Shown piece by piece: positions 59,615 through 64,000 of a stretch of 64,000 nt of DNA. The position numbers and the translations under genes are program-made. Source of the stretch: an uncultured Chloroflexia bacterium (GTDB lineage: Bacteria > Chloroflexota > Dehalococcoidia > DSTF01 > WHTK01). The notes below the pieces were generated by a model. The model was not told the DNA's origin and did no database searches. It saw only the letters and a list, made by a program, of their open reading frames with translations. Position 1 is the first letter of the stretch. Each line of letters begins with the position of its first letter. The DNA lies in the NCBI GenBank assembly GCA_963703905.1, contig CAVPFY010000006.1, forward strand, positions 34,918 to 98,917. The letters run 5' to 3'.

Positions 59615-59840
59615 GTTCGCATGGCCCGGCGAGTTGCGAGTTCTGACTTCTGACTTCTGACATTAAGCAAAGGGCCAACAATGACAAGAGAGGTGCGTTA
59701 AACCCTATAAGACGCACCTCTGTTTTGACGTGTCCGGCGACCGGAGCTCCAAAACATGGATTAAGCGCCGCCAGTTCACGGGGGACACGCCCGGCGGTGG
59801 ATGGCTTAATGTCAGAAGTCAGAAGTCAGAACTCGGTGTC
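59615..59840 (+). ncRNA. Candidate SOS-inducible structured non-coding RNA (ends approximate)
   Basis: Strong LexA-box promoter upstream, no plausible plus-strand ORF, long terminal stem, and birA has a separate promoter. Inference only. Confidence 0.3.
59637..59835. repeat. 199-bp element bounded by perfect 32-bp inverted repeats containing (TTCTGAC)x3, with an internal 10-bp hairpin
   Basis: CGAGTTCTGACTTCTGACTTCTGACATTAAGC (59637-59668) is the exact reverse complement of 59804-59835; internal AGAGGTGCGT/ACGCACCTCT at 59689-59721 is followed by GTTTT. Confidence 0.9.
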
Positions 59841-59844
59841 CTGC

Positions 59845-59874
59845 TTGACGGCCCGCCGTTTCCACCGGTACACT
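59845..59874 (+). promoter_or_regulatory. Putative birA promoter, implying a leaderless mRNA
   Basis: TTGACG-N18-TACACT ends 7 nt before ATG 59882; no SD. Confidence 0.5.
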
Positions 59875-59881
59875 GCACGCC

Positions 59882-60688
59882 ATGAGTGATCTTTCGGCGC
59901 AGCAAATCCAACTCGCATTGCGCACGCGCCGGCTGGGCCGGCCCTGTCTCTTTTTTCCCCAGACCGGCTCGACGAACGATGTGGCCGATGCCTATGCGCG
60001 GGACGGGGCCGCCGAAGGGTTGGTAGTGGTCACCGACGAGCAGACCACCGGGCGCGGCCGCCTCGACCGGCGCTGGTGGGCGCCGCCCGGCAGTGGGTTG
60101 TTGATGTCGTTGTTGCTCCGGCCGCCGATCCCGCTACGCGAGGCCGGCCGCCTGACCATGTGCCTGGGGTTGGGCGCGGTCGAGGGGATCGAAGCGGTGA
60201 CCGGCGTGCGACCCGCGCTCAAATGGCCGAATGATCTGTTGCTCGATGGCCGCAAGCTGGGTGGCATGCTCACGGAACTGCGACCGGAAGGCGACCGTAT
60301 CGCCTACGCGGTGTTGGGGCTCGGCCTGAACGCCAACCTCTCGCGCCGCGACGATACGCTGCCCGCCGACCTGCTCGGGGAAATCGCCAGTCTATCGGAT
60401 GCGCTGGGCCATGCCGTGGACCGGGCGGAGTTGCTCGCCGCTATCCTGCTGCGCTGCGAAGTGTGGTACGATGGATTGCTCGCCGCGCCGCTCGACACGG
60501 TATTGCCTGATGCTTGGGCACAGCGCCTGGACACGCTGGGCCGCACGGTGACCGTCGCCACGCCGCAGGGCGTCTTGCATGGGCGGGCTGTGGGCGTCAC
60601 GCCGGAGGGCGCGTTGCGCCTGGAGGACGCCGAAGGCCGCGCCCAGATCGTGTGGAGCGGCGACGTCACTGCGGTGCGCGCCGGGTAA
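59882..60688 (+). CDS. birA: Biotin--[acetyl-CoA-carboxylase] ligase without an N-terminal HTH (group I)
   Basis: TGSTND, EQTTGRGRLDRRW, LKWPNDLLLDGRKLGGMLTE, GLGLN, C-terminal SH3-like GVTPEGALRL..SGDV. Confidence 0.95.
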   Translation: MSDLSAQQIQLALRTRRLGRPCLFFPQTGSTNDVADAYARDGAAEGLVVVTDEQTTGRGRLDRRWWAPPGSGLLMSLLLRPPIPLREAGRLTMCLGLGAVEGIEAVTGVRPALKWPNDLLLDGRKLGGMLTELRPEGDRIAYAVLGLGLNANLSRRDDTLPADLLGEIASLSDALGHAVDRAELLAAILLRCEVWYDGLLAAPLDTVLPDAWAQRLDTLGRTVTVATPQGVLHGRAVGVTPEGALRLEDAEGRAQIVWSGDVTAVRAG

Positions 60689-60766
60689 CCGTCGCATGGC
60701 TTGGTGCGCCGGGTGCTCCGTGTTATAATCGCGGTAACGGTCACCCGCCGTGAGGGACCTCAGAGT

Positions 60767-61345
60767 TTGCGCAACCACCCCCGAACCGTTGCGACGTTGG
60801 TCGCACTCGTGCTGCTGGCAAGTCTGCTGTCATGGGCCTCTACCGGCCGGGCTGCGGGCCGTTCGCTGTGGCAGTCGCCTCTGCAGTCTCCGCTCCCTAC
60901 ACCCGGCGTCACGCCGACCGTGGCCTTACCCTTGCCTGCCAGCCCGGCCCTGCCGTTGCCCGTTACTCCGACGGAGACCGTGTTCGTTCCCGCTGTGATT
61001 CCGCCCACTGCCACGCCTATCACACCGTCTGCCATACCGCCCACCGTGCCGCCCACGTTCACGGCCACGCCGGAAGGTTTCCTGCCGCCGCCCACGCTGG
61101 TGCTTGCCGAAACGGCGACCGCGGCGGCGCTGCCTACCCGTGCATCCGTGTTGAGCACCTCTATTGCAGCGCGGACCCCGCGTCCGACGCCGACGGGAGA
61201 TGCCGGGGGTAGTCCGGCTGCCACCGTTTTCGACAGCGGTGTTCGGGCCGTTACGACGCTGTGGCTGTTCTGTGGAGTGGCGCTATTGACCGGCGCGGCC
61301 CTGACGTTACTCTGGTTCTGGCGGCGACCGCCCGGCGCGCCCTAG
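60767..61345 (+). CDS. Hypothetical Pro/Thr-rich secreted protein with a C-terminal membrane anchor
   Basis: Signal peptide (..LLASLLSWASTGRA), QSPLQSPLPTP and PT-rich body, C-terminal TM and WRR. TTG start inferred from the promoter TTGGTG-N17-TATAAT at 60701-60729. Confidence 0.75.
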   Translation: MRNHPRTVATLVALVLLASLLSWASTGRAAGRSLWQSPLQSPLPTPGVTPTVALPLPASPALPLPVTPTETVFVPAVIPPTATPITPSAIPPTVPPTFTATPEGFLPPPTLVLAETATAAALPTRASVLSTSIAARTPRPTPTGDAGGSPAATVFDSGVRAVTTLWLFCGVALLTGAALTLLWFWRRPPGAP

Positions 61346-61357
61346 GAGCGGCGGACA

Positions 61358-62875
61358 GTGGCGCGCCGTGTGGCGCACCCCAGGGAGCGCCTGTGGCTTC
61401 TCGCCATCGTGGTGTGCGCCTTCGCCGTGCGTGTCGCCGGCCTGGCCAATCAAAGCCTGTGGCGCGACGAGGTAGATTCACTGCGGTTCGCCACGCGTAC
61501 CATGGCGGAGCTGGCCGCCGATTTCTCGGCGGCCGGCCAGAACGGGCCGCTCTATTTCCTGGCGTTGCGGCCCTGGCTGGCCGTCGCCGGCCCGACCGAG
61601 TTTGCGCTGCGCTTCCCCTCGGTTCTGGCCGGAACGCTGGCGGTGACCGCGCTCTACGTGTTGGTGCGGCGGCTGGCGGGACGGTGGGCGGCTGCTGTGG
61701 CAGCGTTGCTGGCAGCAACGGCCCCTTACCTGATCTGGTATGGTCAGGAAGCGAAGATGTACGCCGCGCTGACCGTGCTCGTGCCGCTTTCGCTGTGGCT
61801 GGCGCTGGAGGCGAGCCAGCGCGGGGGCCTGTGGCGGTGGGTTGCGCTCTACGCCGTGACCAGCGCGGCGATTTACACGCACATCCTGGCCGCCCTGGTC
61901 ATTCCAGTTCAAGCGGCCTGGTTGTTGCTGGCGCCGAACATCGGGATGCGCCGCCGTTGGGGGACGCTGGCGGCGTATCTGCTGGCGCTCTTCTTGCCCT
62001 ATCTGCCGCTGGTGCGCTGGCAGGCGGTATACTGGCAGGCCGCCCTGGCGAGGAGCAGTCCGGCGCCGCGTCCGCCGGGCGATTTCCTGGCGGTGCTCGC
62101 TGTGTCGTTCAGCCGGGGTATCAACCCGGCGCGCGGTCCGTGGGAGTTGCTGCCGATGTTCCTGGCGGCGCTAGCCGGGGCGGCGCTGCTATCGGTGAAG
62201 CGGCCGATGGGATCCAGCCGGGTGAAGGCGTTGCTGCTCATTTGGCTGGCGCTGCCGGTAGTGTTGGCGCTGATCATTTCGCCGGGCCTGCCTGTGCTCG
62301 CCGAACGGTATCTCATCTGGGTGCAGCCTGCCCTTCTGGCGCTGGCGGCGTTGGGTATCGTGGCGTTGGCGCGGGTGTGGCGGCCGCTGGGAATGGGATT
62401 GCTGGGCGCCGTCCTGGCCGTGAATGTGGTCGGATGGGTCGAGCAGACCGCCCGGCCGGTGAAGTCCGACTTTCGGGGCGCGGCGCAGTATGTGGAGATG
62501 CACCGCCGGCCCGGCGACGTAATACTGTACCAGATACCTTATGGCCGTTACGCCTTCACGTATTATCATGCGATGCGGAGCGCCGCGGCCACGCCTGGTT
62601 GTCTGCCCGAGGCTGAGCTATGGTTCACGGATGACTGCGGGCGCGGCGCCTACGCGTCGCTGCCGTACGCCGACGGCCCCTACACGAATGCCGGCCTGAG
62701 CGCAGATGAAGCAGCAGCCCAGATGGCCGCCAGCATTGGCGATGCGCCGGCCGTGTGGTTGGTGGCGACCGAGCCGGAAATGTGGGACGCCCGCAACCTG
62801 ACCGGCGCCTGGCTGCAAGCGCATGGCCGGGAAACGGATCATATCGCACTGGCCCGCGTGGCCGCGACGCGCTGA
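61358..62875 (+). CDS. GT-C fold membrane glycosyltransferase (GT39/PMT-like)
   Basis: QSLWRDE, NGPLYF, EFALRFPSVLAG, PYLIWYGQEAKMYA, YTH, ERYL, KSDFRGAAQYV...RPGDVI. Confidence 0.85.
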   Translation: MARRVAHPRERLWLLAIVVCAFAVRVAGLANQSLWRDEVDSLRFATRTMAELAADFSAAGQNGPLYFLALRPWLAVAGPTEFALRFPSVLAGTLAVTALYVLVRRLAGRWAAAVAALLAATAPYLIWYGQEAKMYAALTVLVPLSLWLALEASQRGGLWRWVALYAVTSAAIYTHILAALVIPVQAAWLLLAPNIGMRRRWGTLAAYLLALFLPYLPLVRWQAVYWQAALARSSPAPRPPGDFLAVLAVSFSRGINPARGPWELLPMFLAALAGAALLSVKRPMGSSRVKALLLIWLALPVVLALIISPGLPVLAERYLIWVQPALLALAALGIVALARVWRPLGMGLLGAVLAVNVVGWVEQTARPVKSDFRGAAQYVEMHRRPGDVILYQIPYGRYAFTYYHAMRSAAATPGCLPEAELWFTDDCGRGAYASLPYADGPYTNAGLSADEAAAQMAASIGDAPAVWLVATEPEMWDARNLTGAWLQAHGRETDHIALARVAATR

Positions 62876-62897
62876 CGCGTTACGCTGAGGGGAACCC

Positions 62898-63680
62898 GTG
62901 ACGGCAACCTATCATTCGGAAACCAAAATGCCGCGATTCGACTTCATGTTCCCGGCGCGCGCCGAGACGACCCGCACCAACGGTGAACCCGACTGGATGC
63001 CTTCTCCGGAGGAAGTGGCGCGTGCCCGGGGGAGGCTGCAGCGAGAAGGTGTGCTATCGGACTTCATCGGCCTCCAGCCTGAGCCGCTCGTGCCGGTGGG
63101 TGCGACGCCCTGGCTCTGGTGGGTGGCGGCGGTACTGTGGCTGGTGATCTGGCCCGTAGCGGTCGTGGCGCGGCTGCGATTCAGTGCGCTGGCCTGGATT
63201 CCGATGTGGGTCATCGTCGCGCTGGCCGTGGTGCACATGGCCGCCCTGGCCGCGCCGGTGCTCTACAGCGAGCGCCAGTCGGGGAATGCCGCCGTGCGCC
63301 GCCGCTTCGGCAGGGTGGGCACCCTGCCCGAGATGCTGGCTCTGGGGCCGGGCGAGTTCGAGGCGTGGACGGGGATGCTGTTCCGCCTGCTCGGTTACCG
63401 GGTCTTGGACACGCAGTTGACCGCCGACCACGGTATTGACCTGGTGGTGAGCAGCACTCAGATGCGGCGCGGCCTGGTGCAGTGCAAACGTTATCGAGGC
63501 ACGGTGGGCGAACATACCGTGCGCGACCTGTATGGCACCATGACGCACGAAAACGCCGAGTTCGCCTGGTTGGTCACCACCGGGGCTATCTCGCGCCAGG
63601 CGCGCGAATGGGCCGAGGGTAAACCGATCGCACTGTGGGATGGTCGAGAGCTGACGGAGATGGCGCGCCGCTATCGTTGA
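62898..63680 (+). CDS. Membrane-anchored Mrr-type restriction endonuclease domain protein
   Basis: Two N-terminal TM helices, then L..LGPGEFE.....LF..LGY, DHGIDL, VQCKRY...VG...VRDLYG, LVTTG..S..A..WA...PI.LWDG..L. Confidence 0.88.
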   Translation: MTATYHSETKMPRFDFMFPARAETTRTNGEPDWMPSPEEVARARGRLQREGVLSDFIGLQPEPLVPVGATPWLWWVAAVLWLVIWPVAVVARLRFSALAWIPMWVIVALAVVHMAALAAPVLYSERQSGNAAVRRRFGRVGTLPEMLALGPGEFEAWTGMLFRLLGYRVLDTQLTADHGIDLVVSSTQMRRGLVQCKRYRGTVGEHTVRDLYGTMTHENAEFAWLVTTGAISRQAREWAEGKPIALWDGRELTEMARRYR

Positions 63681-63703
63681 TCGGCCGTGGCTGAGGAGGA
63701 AAC

Positions 63704-64000
63704 ATGAAACGACCGAATGTGGATCGCCCCCTGGTCTTCGCGCATCGCGGTGCGTGCCGGGTGGCCCCGGAGAACACGCTCCCGGCCTTCGAGGCGGCAA
63801 TCAGGCTGGGCGCCGATGGCGTCGAGCTCGACGTCCAATATAGCTCCGATGGCCGTCTGGTCATCTTTCACAACCCGATGCTGGACGACACGACGAATGG
63901 CGCCGGCCGTCTCACTTCGCATACCTTCGAAGAACTCCGCGCGCTGGACGCGGGCGGCTTCTTCGCCCCGGAATTCGCCGGCACACAGATTCCCACCCTT
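63704..64000 (+). CDS. Glycerophosphodiester phosphodiesterase (5' part, truncated by window edge)
   Basis: VFAHRGA...APENTLPAFEAAI.LGADGVELDVQ.SSDG.LVIFH...LD.TTNG; SD GAGGAGG. Confidence 0.92.
   Translation, partial: MKRPNVDRPLVFAHRGACRVAPENTLPAFEAAIRLGADGVELDVQYSSDGRLVIFHNPMLDDTTNGAGRLTSHTFEELRALDAGGFFAPEFAGTQIPTL

Noticed and set aside
59502-59717. 71-aa minus-strand ORF with a hydrophobic N-terminus as a type I toxin
   Set aside because: No SD, it crosses the repeat arm and two promoters, and the LexA promoter points the other way. Probably spurious.
59641-59830. CRISPR array, or 6S/SRP/tmRNA identity for the repeat element
   Set aside because: There are only two arms in inverted orientation, no spacers and no cas genes. 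I recognised no SRP GGAA-loop motif or tmRNA tag, and heptamer arms are not typical of 6S. A covariance search would be needed to exclude 6S fully.

Overview
GC-rich bacterial chromosomal segment, most likely from a Chloroflexota (Anaerolineae-like) genome; the taxonomy is inferred from gene content and protein style. Single-base indels are dense at about 1-22.3 kb, 33-39 kb and 42-53 kb, so many genes are split across frames and their coordinates are approximate. These are treated as sequencing or consensus errors. Content in order: (1) a complete complex I operon on the minus strand, nuoA-B-CD-EF-G-H-I-J-K-L-M-N, with N cut by the window edge and apparent CD and EF fusions; (2) a divergent second operon encoding only the seven membrane-arm subunits nuoA-H-J-K-L-M-N, whose NuoL has a 26-residue duplication in the lateral helix although only one nuoM is present, followed by a small membrane protein with a Cys4 Zn-ribbon-like tail; (3) murE, corA, a CHAT protease, a DUF5656-like membrane protein and a ProRS paralog with a degenerate aminoacylation site but retained editing and anticodon-binding domains; (4) an EamA transporter, an ornithine cyclodeaminase-family gene, panE, glpK-glpABC, rubrerythrin and plsY; (5) a hybrid ABC importer with one lipoprotein that appears to fuse a family-3 amino-acid-binding domain to a circularly permuted family-5 peptide-binding domain, plus DppB/DppC, a polar amino-acid permease and a single ATPase; (6) a liv operon with an MBL-fold hydrolase; (7) bactofilin, DUF4446, prs, rdgB, HIT and tkt; (8) a LexA-box-containing consensus promoter that reads into a 32-bp inverted-repeat element with no ORF; (9) birA, a Pro/Thr-rich membrane protein, a GT39-like glycosyltransferase, a membrane-anchored Mrr-type nuclease and a partial glycerophosphodiester phosphodiesterase. 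I saw no rRNA, tRNA, CRISPR array or transposase.
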